64,000 nt of DNA from Camelus ferus (taxonomy: Eukaryota): positions 39,868,001 through 39,932,000 of the forward strand of contig NC_045697.1 in NCBI RefSeq assembly GCF_009834535.1, written 5' to 3'. Both the position numbers and the translations under genes were made by a program. Of the stretch, positions 35,800-48,900 are shown piece by piece (within the stretch, counting starts at the first letter, position 1; the number at the start of each line of letters is the position of its first letter). The notes under the pieces are model-generated. The model saw only the letters and a program-made list of their open reading frames with translations. It did not search any database and had not been told where the DNA came from.

Positions 35800-38045
35800 C
35801 CTGAGACCAGTGATCTGCTTTGGGTCAATGTATTATTTTTCCCTTTTCTAGGATTTCTTACAAGTAGAATCAAACGTCTGCAGTCTTGTGTGTCTGCCTT
35901 TTTTCACTTAGCATAAGGCTTTAGAGATTCGTCCTGATGGTTTCATCAGTAGTTCCCTCTTTCTTGTTGTTGAATCATATTCCATTATATGGAAATAACC
36001 ACAATTTCTGTATCCATTTACCAATAGGAGGGTATTTCATTCCTTTCCAGTTTGGGGCTACAATGAATAGAGGTGCTATGAATATTTGTGAACAAGTCTT
36101 CCAGTGGATAAATGTTTTCATTTCTTTGGCGTAAATACCTAAAAACGGAGTTGCTGTATCAAATGCTAAGTATAGGAATATCATTATAAGAAACTGCCAC
36201 ACTTTTCCAAAATACTAAACTACTTTGCATTCCCTCCAGCAATTTATGGGAGTTCCAGTCCCTCTGTATCCTTGCCAGCATTTGGTGTTGTCAGTCTTTT
36301 TAATTTAAATAATTGCAATGTCCACTATCTTATTGCTGTTTTAATTTCCATTTCCCTAATGTTAATGATGTTAAGCATTTTTTCAGGTGCTTATTAGTGC
36401 TGATCTCTCTCTCTTCTTTGGCGAAGTGTTCACATCTTTTGCCCATTTATTAATTAATTAAAGTTTTTTTAATATATTTTAGAGTTCTTTGTTATATAGC
36501 AAGTCCTTTATTAGATAAGTTTTGAAATGTTTTCTACCAGTCTGTGACTTGCTTGCCTTTTATTAAAAATGTCATTTGAAGGCTAAAGTTTAAATTTTGA
36601 TGCAATTGTTTTTTCTTTATCCATTTTTTTCCTTTTACATAGTTTATGCCTTTTTTTGTCTTACTTAAGAAATGTTTGCTTAACCCAAAGTAAAGATTTT
36701 CTTATATGTTATCTTCCAGAAGTTTTATAGCTTTAGGGCTTTGTTATGTTTCAGATGAATTATTCTTTCTGCTGTGAGGTAAGGGAAGAGGCCCATTTTT
36801 TTTCTTATGGATTTCCAGCTGTTTCAGTTTGCCTTTACTCATTGAAATGTTTTGGTGTCTTCATCAAAACTCTGTTGGCTACATGTGATTGGATTTATTT
36901 CTGGACTTTTTATTGTGTTCCACTGATCGGTATGTTCATTTTTTATTCCAGAACCACACTACCTCGATTACTGTGGATTCTAACTATGTCTCAAAATTGT
37001 CCTTCTTCAGTGTCCTTCTTCAGTGGGCTATTTTAGGTCCTTTGCATTTCCATATATATTTTAGGATTAGTTTATCAATTTCTACAAGACAGACTGCAAG
37101 GATTTTGAAACTGCACTAAATTAGATCAATTTGTGAAGAACTAATATGCTGATAATATTGATTCTTCTGTCCATGAGCATATCTCTGTCCATTAATTTAA
37201 AGCTTCTTTAATCTCTTCCAGCAGTATTTTTTAGTTTTCAGTGAACAAACGTATTTTTAAAAATTTATCCTTAACTATTACTTTTTTGATGATATTGCAA
37301 ATGGTACTTCAAAAAATTTCAGTGTGTGATTGTTGTGAGTATATATAAATACAATTAATTTTTATAGCTTGACCTTGAATCCTGACACCTTTCTGTATTT
37401 ACTTAATAGTTCTAGTAGTTTTTCAGAGGTCCCTTTGAATCTCCTACAGATAACCATGTAGTCTGTAAATAAGATAGTTTCACTCTTTCCTTTGTAATCA
37501 TTATATCTTCTTTTTTCAGTTTGCCCAATTGTAAGGGGTACCTCTAGTAAAATGTTGAATAGAACAGATGAGAGACATCTTTGCCTTGTTCCCAGTTTTA
37601 GACGGAAAGTTTTCGGTCTTTCAGCATTAAGTATGTCAGCTGTGTGTAGACTCTATCAGCTTGAGGATGTTCCTAGTTTACTAAGAGTATTGATGAGCGG
37701 CTATTGAATTTTGTCCATTTTTCTTCTACCTCTATTGAGGTAATTACATGATTTTTTGGGTCTACTATAGTGAAGTATAATGGATTTTCAAATGCGTTTC
37801 TGGACTATATCCCAGTTGGTCACAAGGTATTATCCTTTTTATATTTTGTTGGATGTTTGATATGTTAAAATTTTGTAGAAGAGTTTTGTGTCTGTGTTCA
37901 TGAGAGATATATGTAGTTTTCTTCTCCTGTAATGTCTTTATTTGGTTTTGATATTAGGACAGTGCTGGCAGTGTTCCCTCTTCCGTATTTTCTGAAAGTC
38001 TGTAAAGAATTGGTACTATCTCTTCTTAAAATGTTTAGTACAGTT
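35800..38045 (-). mobile_element. Intergenic L1 (ORF2 3' part and 3'UTR, decayed)
   Basis: Reverse strand gives L1 ORF2 C-terminal-like remnant (FDTATPFLGIY...IFIAPLFIVAPNWK..YPPIGKWI). Confidence 0.85.
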
Positions 38046-38464
38046 CACCCATTTGCATAGAAAAAGTAATTTTGGCATTGAAAGACCTGAAAAACACAAC
38101 CCAGAAGTCAGGTGCCTAAGGATCCCCAGGATTTACAGGTAAAAACCTTTTCCCTCAAAATTCAAATAGAATATATCTGGGCCTTTATTCCATTTACTGT
38201 AGAAATCAGGTATGTCCCAAATAACTATGAGGATTCACTGGGGGCTTATGTTTCTGCTGACCACCTCACATTCTAGTGTCCTTGGTGAATTCTCTGTGTC
38301 TGTTCTGTCCATCCTCAGATGCCTGCACTCTCTCCCTATCAGCACCCCAGTGTGGGCTTCATAGTCTCCTTGCCCAGAGTACCCCGGACACAAGGCTTCT
38401 GTGTATGGTTTGGGATGACAACAGGCATTTATAAAATAGCTTAGAGTTTAAAATTTATTATGAG

Positions 38465-38924
38465 ATTCAGCCATAAAAAGGAATGTAATAATGCCATTTG
38501 CAGCAACATGGACGGACCTAGAGATTATCACATCACACTAAGTGAAGTCAGAGGAAAAACAAATATCACATGATGTCACTTACATGTGGGGGAAAAAAAA
38601 CGATACAAATGAACTTATTTACAGAACAGAAATAGACTCACAGACATAGAAAACCAACTTACAGTTACCAAAGAGAAAAGAGAGGGTGGATAAATTAGGA
38701 GTTTGAGATTAACATATATAAAACAGATAACTAACAAGGGCTTACTGTATAACACAGGGAACTACACCAATATGAATATTTAATATCCTATAATAACCTA
38801 TAATTGAAAAAGAACCTGAAAAAGAATACATATATATGTTTATGTGCATAACTGAATCTCTTTGCTGTACACCTGAAACAAACCCAACATTGTAAATCAA
38901 CTATACTTCAACTTAAAAAAAAAA
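38465..38924 (+). mobile_element. Younger L1 3' end with poly(A)
   Basis: CAGCCATAAAAAGGAATG...GCAGCAACATGGACGGACCTAGAG...TTGTAAATCAACTATACTTCAA-A10. Confidence 0.9.
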
Positions 38925-38940
38925 TTCAGTGACTTGCTGT

Positions 38941-39578
38941 TTTATTATAAGAGAATACAACTAGCACAAAATAAAAGAAAAAGCCTCAAAATACGAGAAT
39001 TAGAAAAAAAATTTAATATGAGATGGAATTGATCCACAAAATTCATTTCCGACATACTTATGTCTCTCCTTTAATTCCTTCTATAGCCATGATGCTGAAA
39101 TATGTTTCACGTTCTTCATTTTTCCCAATTATAATTAGACAGGAGTTCCTGGCTGGGCTCAACACTTTACCAAAATAATGATATCTGCATTTAGAATGAT
39201 TCTTGGAATATAGCATTGAGCTTAAGTCATTATTCAATAAGTTAATGAATCCCTTAACATTCTGATTTTTCAAATAGATTGTCTGGCTAAAATCAAAACT
39301 TTGGAGAATATGAAAATATATACCTACAAGCCTCAAAAACATGTTGAATTAATTTATAGTTTTTATTCAAACTTCAGCATGTCTTTTATATTTTCAGACA
39401 GTGTTTATTAGATGTATAAGATTTTTACAATATCTGTTAGCTTTTCATATTCAGTATATTTAAAAATAATTACTGCTCAGGAAATAATTCAGTAAAGAAG
39501 CAATCATTCTAAAAGCAAGTTTAGGGATCAGGAAATGTTGATTCACTAAAAATGTTATCCTTGACTCACTACTTTATT
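38941..39578 (-). terminator. Candidate HERC6 polyadenylation signals
   Basis: AATAAA on the minus strand at 39573-39578, 39404-39409, 39362-39367 and 38941-38946, downstream of the stop. Which is used cannot be told. Confidence 0.5.
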
Positions 39579-39704
39579 GTTTATCCCAACCTTTGTCAGC
39601 TAATTCTAACTAAAATCCATCAATGCTTTGCACTAAGTAGACCTAAAGAAGAAAAGGATGGAAGGGTGAGAGGACCTGAGATCTGAGACTCCCAGGGGTC
39701 ACCA

Positions 39705-39928
39705 TCACCCTGTGACCATGGGTGAGACAAATCCTTTGTTGCTGTTGATGGCTATTTGAAGTGCTTCTTCCATTCTTTCCATTGTAGAATATTTAGGGAG
39801 GTCCAGAATATTATGACAGGTCAGTGATCTTGGGAAATTTCTTTCACTGAAAGTTTCGGGACAGCGAAATACAATACCCATTTTCTGTATGCCTCTTACA
39901 TGCAGTCTGTCATTTCCTGTAAGAAAAA
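39705..39928 (-). CDS. HERC6: HERC6 terminal exon 23 coding part; catalytic Cys codon at 39816-39818
   Basis: [76 protein letters not shown]. Confidence 0.96.
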
Positions 39929-42900
39929 CTAAAAAGGAATAAAATTTGGTTAAGATATTTCATAGAAAGAGCAAAACGTATAATGAAAAGGAAGAAATTA
40001 ATCACTTCATTCGATAAATAGTTATTGGGTCCTCTTGTGCAAAGAGAACTACATGGGACCATGTGGAGTGAAGAAAAATAATGACATTTGGTCTTTATCC
40101 TCAGTGAGTTCATGATCTAGTTGTGGGGAAATTACATACAGGAAAAGAGACTACCAAGATACAAGGAAGTTGAGTAGCTAAACTAGGAGGTGTGAGGTGA
40201 AGCTGAGACTCAAGGCAGGGTCAGAGGTGCTAGGGCAACTTTAGAGGTCACATCTGGCTGGTCAGTTCTCAAGGAGAGGAGCTGGGTGACCTTTCAAGGC
40301 AGCAGAAAAAAGCCCAAGAAAAAGCCAGAGGTAGGAAGATGTAAGTGAACTCACTGAAGGTACAGACAGTGGGTCCTCTAGGCTGAAGCAAAAGTCTCCC
40401 GTTAAGAGAGAAGATTGGTAAGGTAGCTTGGGCTTGCGGAGAAGTAGGTTAGGTTTATGGAGAAGTTGGAATTGTCCTCAGAAATCCTCAGGAACAACAA
40501 AAACAGCAAGAAGAAAGATGTGTATCTCAGGAAGAACTGAGAAATGAGATGAGAAGGTAAGACAGTAAGTCATTAAGTCTGTCCTAGGGAAACCCTAGGG
40601 TTTCCACCAAGAAAAGTAATGCTTACACCACAAGGCCACAGAGCTTAGTGGTCCAGAGCCTGGGCTTTGAACTAGACTGCTGGGCTCAAACTCTCGTTCT
40701 GAGACTCACCAGCTATCTGAACATAGGAAAGCTGCTGAATGCCTCAAGCCTCTTTTTCCTCATATCTGAAATGGGGAAAAATAAAAGTACCTGCTTCACA
40801 AGACTGCTATGAGGATAAAGGGAGGTAACAGATATACAGTGATCAGTACAATGCCTGGCATAGAATAAGCACACAATAAAAACGCAGTTGTTGTTATTAT
40901 CATCATCAGTGGTCATTGCTACTATTATTATTTCTAAAATAATTTTTGAGACAGCTTCCATTGTCCTAATTCCATAGGACTTTACATAATTAAATAATGG
41001 AAGGAATGTGATATAAAAGGCTCCATTAGGAGCCAACTTTCTTCACTAGAGTGAAGAAAGAGGACACAAACTGACATTGGAGGTAGAATTAGAGTCAGTA
41101 TAGACAAGATAGTAAAATAGCAGTATCTTTATTACTATCATTTTCTTAAAATGAGAAACAGGCTCGTGTAAGAGGAAGAACACTGGTCTAGAAGGTGGGA
41201 AACTGGGTTCTAACCCTTGCTTTGCCATTAACATTTGTGATGCATCATTAATAATGACTTTATCTCAAGTAAGATTCTTTAAAAGATATATAATTATAGA
41301 TCCATCTATTACTGTAATACTTACAGAGGAATTTTATCTTTTCATCCAAAGTTAATTTGTGGAAAGCTTTCCAAAACATCAGTATAGTATGATGTGATTT
41401 ATGGTATCCTGGAATATAGCTTGAATTCTTGGGGAAAAAAGGAGAAAAATGGTTTTCAGGGGGGAATACATAGAAGTTGTGTGGAAGGATTGGGGGCACT
41501 TTGGTTATCGCCTACCTGTTCAAACTGTTCCCAGTCATAATCAGTATTTCCAACCATCGCTGTCATTAGTTCTTCAGGCTGGAAATATTTAAGTATCTCC
41601 TTGTCACAGACTTTATGAAATCCTCTCTGAAATTCCTCATAAACTGCCATAACAGAGGTGTTGAAAATGTAATCAACGTACTTAGAAACATAGTCTTTCC
41701 TTGGGGGAAGGAAAAAAAGGCCAATAACATATTTTACCCGTGACTAAAATATTCTCTACTTTGCCCTTTTTACCACTTCTATTGAAAAAGAAAAGTAAAT
41801 TACTTCTGCATTGCACACCACCCTACACGACTCAGGGATATGAGAACATCTGGTCAGCTAGATGGAGGAAACTGAGAGAATACAGCAGATGAAGACTTTG
41901 TTTTGCTCCCATTTCCCTAGGGGCAGACGGATATTTCAAATACACTAATCTGAAAATGTCATTCTCCCACTTAAAATCTTTCAAAGGCTTCTCATTGCCT
42001 TTAGGGTAAATTCCAACCTCTCTAGCGGGATCAAAAAGGCCTCGGTGCTCTGACCCTTGCCCGACTCAGCAGCCTCCTCCCACTTGGATGGGCATTTCTG
42101 GCCTCACTGTCTCTCTTACGGTCAGGCCCCAGCAGGCAGGGTTTCCTCTTCACCTGGCAGCTTCCATCACTCATCAGAATTCAACACGAACAGGGCTTTC
42201 TCTGGTTGGTCCTCTATTCCTCTCTCTCTCCTCTCACAACACATCACTGTGTGAAACTTAATTCTGCAAAGGCCATCTTCTCCACTACGGAATGAATTTC
42301 CTGATGGCAGGTTTGCTACCAGAGAGGTTTTCCACCAGAGAGCCACCAGAAACATGCCAGTCTCCTACCCTTTGAGCATCCTTTGTGGACTATCCCATAG
42401 AAATAAACCCCCTCTGCGCTCCCCGGTAAGCAGCCGTGTGCTATTAAGTGGTCTACAACCAGCTCTCGTAAACGGAGAGAGAAAAAGAGGGAACCCTCAT
42501 TTGCAGCATTTGCCAACTTCTGTTGTGTAACTTCCCACCACAGCTCATTTTAAGCTATTAACACTTTTAATAGTAAACCCTCAACATTTTTGAAACTTTT
42601 ACAATCAGCTCTCACAAGCTCCAGCATACCACTACCTGTCACTCTCTAGTTCTTTAATTGGTTTTAATTTTCTTCAGAGAGCTCATCCTTATCTGACATC
42701 TTGTCAGATAATAATTTATTTGTGTACCGACTTTCTGCCTCACTGGAATTTAAGCTCCAGATTTTGTCTGTCTGTTGCACTGCTGTATCTCTGGCACCTG
42801 GAATAGGGTCTGGTATAGAGTAGAGGCTCAAAAATAATTGTTAAACGAGTAGTGAAAAGTGCTGCCAAGGAAATATTTAATCCTGATTCCTTTCTCCCCG

Positions 42901-45900
42901 TCTCTTCCCTGTAAACTTTTATCTTTCTTAAAAGATCAGGAGCTAAGATGATCATCTGAGAAGACAAAATACATTTATAAAGCATAGTGATGTAAACATG
43001 TGTATTCAAAGCAGATATACTAGGTCTCAGTACTTACTTGTTGCTTTGGTCTACAAATATAGAGCTCCCATCTGGAATTAAATCAGCATTGTTTTGGTCC
43101 CAGTGTATCTGTAGCCAAAATATATTTCAGGTACGAAACATGAAAGAAAGATTGAATAATCAGCCATAATACTAGGACTGCTAGTACATTCTTCCCTATA
43201 TAATTTTAAATAACTAGGAATTAAATGCTTATGTAGTTCAGCCTTTTAAATATATATAAAAATAAAAACATATCCTAGTATATATTGCATATTGCTTTTA
43301 AGCATATATCATCCCATTTAGTTGTTTACACTGTTCACACTGATGGAATAATTGCTGTCTTTTCACTTTATTTGAGAGTATATAGATACAAGGTATCAAA
43401 TGAGGAGCAAGTGGAGGAAAAGTCTTACAGTACAGAAGTGAAATACCTTTCAAAAAAGGAATCGCATATTTAAGACATGATGAAAAATATTTTTAAAAAA
43501 CATTCAACTATAATCTGGCTTTCACTAGTACTCACAGAAAAACATATGCCAAGTACTTCTTTAATGTCATCGGCTTCATCGTTTAGAACTTCTTGCAAAT
43601 TCCTAATGAAAATTTTGATTTAAAAGTTATATTTATTGATCTTGTAAAATTTCAAAAGAAATAAATGTTCAGTGGAAAATATAGAAATGTATAAAATGCT
43701 GTGTAAATTTCTTCTCCACCTTCCCACTCCTTCTTCCTAGACTTAACCCCTATTTACAGTTTGATTGGTCGAACCACTGCTAACACATAGACACTGCTGT
43801 GTCTTGGTGGAATTATAAAAAGAAGCCCCTTCCTCCAGACCAGTGATTCTCAAACAGGGGTGATTTTTGCCCCCTAGAAGACATCTGGCAAAATCTGGAG
43901 ACATCTTTGGTTGTCACAATTAAAGGGAGAGCTGCTACCGGCATCTAGCAGATAGCAACCCCAAGTGCTGCTAAACATGCCTACAACGTCCAGGTCAGCC
44001 TTCCACAGCCCAAAATGTCAGGATTGCCAAGGTTGAGAAACCCTGCTCTGGACTGTCAGAATCCTTTTCCCCCATCTGTTGCCAACTCTATATTTTATGA
44101 AAACCTTTAAATAGTCATCAATCTGTAAGCAGAAAAATGGTATCTCATTTTTGTCTGCACTTTCTTGATCACTAGTAAGGTTGAGCATATCTTCATTTTT
44201 TTGATTATATATACACATATATAGCCATATATATTTATGCATCAGAAATATTAATGCTTTGTCTATCATGTGTTGCCAGTATTTTCCTCACAGGCTATAG
44301 TTTGCCTTTTAACTTAGAACATGTATTTCTCAATCCTTAAAAAATAAAGTTGATAACATGCTGATTTATTAAAATAAATTAAATATGATTTATTAAAATA
44401 AACATAGCCTGCATGATTCTCATTAAGAATATCATACTGTCCCAAACAACTGTTTTCCATCTGGATAAATTCAAGAGACCAATTTGTTGTACTGTTTATT
44501 GTACTGGCTGATAACTAGAGAAGCATTTGGCTTTTCTCCATTTTTGAACATTTACTGGATTATAAGTCATGCTAAAATTCAAATTCATCTAAAGAACATA
44601 TGCATTTATTGAAACTGAAGTCTGTGTGTCTGTGTGTGTCTCTATGTGTCTGCATATCTGTGTGTGTAACATTATTTTTGCCTGACTAACTGAGACTGAC
44701 TAGATACACGGTCCTGGAAAAGCCATTATGGTTACTTACTTCCCCAAAACAGGATTGAGTTCTTTTAAATCTTCCAGTGATGGCTTTTGGTCCAGAAGTT
44801 TCTTAAACAGAGCCAGTGGGAAAGGAAGGTTAGCAACATTTAAGTTGTAAAGGGAGAGTCCACACAGCATCCCAAAGAGGAAATATCTCTTCTTCTCAAA
44901 TTTAGGCTGGAAAAGGAGAAGAAAAAAATCCTTAATGTATTATAAATAATCAATAGTCCAAAGGGATAAGTATATTAGTTTAAAAAAAGTGGTTTGGTTC
45001 CCTTTTCTAAAAGTCACAAATTAGAAACAAAATGGGCTTCAGGAAAATCAAAATTTGAGATTCTTACACAAACTATAATGCAATTTAAATTTCTTCCATT
45101 GGTCAAAATACAAATGTTAAATAAATGAATTTGCTTTTTGTTCCTAACAGCACATCTGGACTACGAAAAAATATGCTCAGATAGCTTTATAAACCAAGGT
45201 TTTCACTGTTTAATTTTACAGTCTGCCTTCAAGTTTGTGTAGAAAAACGACACTAGGGAGAGGAAGGGTACACTTTATCTACACTTGTAGTGGGCACCAG
45301 GCATGTCAGGTGTAGTGCAGAGGAGTGCCGTCCCCTTCAACAATGCAGCCCTGGACCCAGGTATGCTTATGGACAAGCATACGGGCCAGGAAAGGTGACT
45401 GGTGCTGCTGACCGTGAGGGTCGGTGGAAGGAGGAAGGAAAGAGTCCTGATGAAACTGGCTTCATTCTCCTCTCTGCCCTTTGTAGTCCCAGATGAAGGA
45501 AGACACTGGCCACGTCTGGCCAAGCCATCGCTGCAGCCCAACCAAGAGATCACTAGCTTAAAAATTCTGAGATTCCAGTTCCAGTGTCAGCCTTGCCATT
45601 AGCAGGTGCATGATTTTAGGCCACCCACATACTAGTCTGTGCCTCAGTCTACTTGCCCTATGTTAAAAATGCATCTGAATTTTGAAAACGAGTTTTAAAA
45701 AGTTCAATATGAGTACTCGCCAAAGGTGACCTCCTCTAACCTAATCAGTCTTATTTCCTGTATTTGTAAGGTGTCCCCTGGTCTAGTTGATTGTGCCTCT
45801 TCACTGAGCCATACACAAATCAGACTTTTGTCTCTGTGTTTTTTATCCAGCACTATAGTATAAGGCTTTAAGCCCTGAATTCATCTCTTAGCTTGGTCAC

Positions 45901-48900
45901 TTGCAAGCTGAATGTCCTTGGACAGTTTATTTAATCTCTCTGAGACTCAGTTTCTTCATCTGTAAAATGGGGACAAACCACCTCCATCTGAGGGTTGACA
46001 TAAGGTTTATTTTCCTCTTCTCCATTCCCCACCTGCATCTCTTTGATATGTTTAGTCCTTATCCTTCAATATCAACCTCAGGTCTCCATTTTTCTAAGAC
46101 AGTTTTTCCAATCACTTCAGTCCCCCCGATTTCTTTTCCTCCTAATAAAGAATCTCTTATATTTGTACAGTGCCCTGAAGTTTTCATGGTACTGTCACAC
46201 TTTGACGTTCTTTATCTTGTTTTATTCTCACAACAGCTCCACAAAGCAGGCAGAACAGAAATTACAGCAGCCATTTTTTAGGTGAGGAAACTGGAAACTC
46301 AGAGGGGCTAAATGACACACTCAACATCACTCAAGACTGTAAGTCTGCGCTTTTAATCCCACATGAGAGCTCCCTTCCCACCCCACCTCCCCCACCATGT
46401 TCCCAGCGACTGTTATAACACTTGAAGTTGGCAGTCCATAATTTCAAAAAATTGCTAAAGTTGCTGGTATTTCAGTCTTTTGGCTCCATCTACATATACA
46501 AAAAGTTTTGAGAGGAAAGAGATTGTGTTGTATACTAATCTGAATCTTCTATAATATTTAATACAATGTGGGAACTTCAAGAAACAGTCAATAAAAACTT
46601 GTTGATTGGTAAAAACTCTGAACACTGGCACTCCTTGACCACTTTTAGGGGTTCATTCCTTCTCAAAAAGATACAGAACACCTTTCAGTACTTTTTCAGT
46701 ACTTTGTCTTCTCCTGCCCCCTGTCTTTTCCTGGACTCCAAATTCTACCACATCATTTGGAAGAACATTTGGAAGTTTATGGGTAAGGGAATGGATAAAT
46801 AGGAAGTTCGACATGTGATTCTCTTTAGAATTATTTGCTCTGTGTTACTAACACAGAAATGAAGACACTTTTTTTGGTGTTACTTCAAGAAAATGTTTAC
46901 ATTTTGAGGATCTTTGTAAAAATATAATCCTTGCAGAAATGAATTACCTTGTTAGAATTAGCAATTATCTCTAGGATTCTACTAACAATTTCTCCTCTAA
47001 TTTGAAACACTAGATTACTGCCTCTTAAAATGTAGGAAACCACCCAAATATCCATCAGTAGGCGACTACATAAATGAAGTGCAGTACATCTAAACAATGG
47101 AATATTACTCAGCAATCAAAGGGAATGAACTATGGATACATATAACAACATGCCTGAGTCTCAATGTCATTATGCTGAGTGAAAGATAGACACAAAGGCT
47201 ACTTGTAATTCCATTTATGTAAAATTCCAGGAAATTCAGACTAACCTATAGTGATAGAAGTCAGATCAGTGGTTGCCTGGGCCTGCAGCAAGGAGTAGGA
47301 GCAGGGAGGAGTAGGATCAGAAAGGGGTATGTCGAGGAGGGTAACAGCTTAGTGGTAGAGCACATGCTTAGCATGCACAAGGTCCTGAGTTCAATCCCCA
47401 GTACCTCCATTAAAAAAAAAGAATTAAAAAAAAAAAAAAGGGATGTAGGAAACCCTGGGGAATGGGTATGTTCATTATCTTGATTGTGGTGATAGTTCCA
47501 CAGGTATAGATGTATATAAAAGTTTATCAAATTAGACACTTTATGTGCCATTTATTATATCTCAAGTATACTTTATTCAAACTGTTTAAAACTTTGATGA
47601 GCATACGAATCACCTGGGGAATCTTATAAAATACACATTCTGACCTGGGCCCAAGGTTCTGCTCTTCTAACGCTGGAGCTTCTGCTCCATGGACCGTATT
47701 TTGAGTAGCAAGGCTCGACATGACCCAATTTTACATTAGCATGGTTTTCATGTTATAGGACACGGTATACATTTTCTGTTCTGATAAACCATAAGAAAAT
47801 AAATAAAAGACTCACATTGGTAGGAAACCACATGCAGGAACCCTCTTCAGGATATATGAACATTCCATATTCTTTCTTGGTCATCTCTTCAAATATACAG
47901 TGGAAGAATTCGGACTTCACCCCTTCCCCCACAGAACGAATTTCTTTAATAAATTCAACCTGAGAAAAGAAAACACACTCCTAGGTCCAGTTTCAAAACA
48001 TAATGCCTTTACTTTTAAGGAAAAGTTTCAAACCTCCTGCAGGCACCAGAGTTCCCAGAGTCCACTCTCCTGACCTCACTGCACTCTGTTCTCCCTCAGT
48101 TTGCTTTCTAAGAAGCAGATGCCATGAACCTGTTTACTGTCAGATTACAGTATAGAGAGTGCCTGGGTCCCCACACGGCCACAAGAACCAAGTGAGGTGG
48201 GATTCCAGCAAGACTTAGCATTCGCCAGTTACATTGACCAGCGTCCTGAACTAAATTTTAATGTGCCTCAAACCCCTGGGCCACTAAATTCCTCAGTTCT
48301 TCTATCTGACCTCTCTTTATCTCATCATTTAGGCTTTACAACTTGGGCTCCAGTCAATACTTACTTGGTTTCTCCTGCCTCTCCCCTCATCAGGACTGCT
48401 GACAAACACATCTCTCAGTCAGCCTGGGCCCGGCACATTTGTAGGAACCTTCAGATCTGACTGCCCAGAGCCCTCGTGTGGGAATCATTAAGAACCAGTC
48501 CCTCTTTTCTGAAGTCTACCTTTGGACTTTGTAGTTGAGTGCTAGCCTGGCTTCCTCCTACCTCTCTGACTAACGCTTCTATACTTCTCCTGCCTATTTC
48601 TTTGTATCTTTCTAATATCGTATCCCTAAGCTTCACTACAAGTTCTCTTTCTCTTCTCTTTGCCTAGAAGACCTTATTTACTGCCACTTTGATCAACTGA
48701 CTCCTTGGCCACAGTCCATCATTTCCAAGGGCCTGCCTCACATTCCATCTGGATATCCCAATAAATTAAACTTACTTCCGATTTTCTTATTTCTGCTCAT
48801 TTACACTAGCAAGTCTGCCTTCACCATGGTCAGGACCTGCTCAGAAAGGGCCTTGACAACCTTACCTTGTTCAGAGTCTGTATTTTGATTGGATCTGTCT

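Noticed and set aside
34502..35873. Several overlapping 150-240 aa ORFs on both strands
   Set aside because: Expected from stop-codon scarcity in a CpG island. Only 35155-34861 is HERC5-like and ends at a GT donor.
44362..44402. Direct repeat TGATTTATTAAAATAAA with 24-bp period
   Set aside because: Simple AT-rich slippage duplication with no sign of function.
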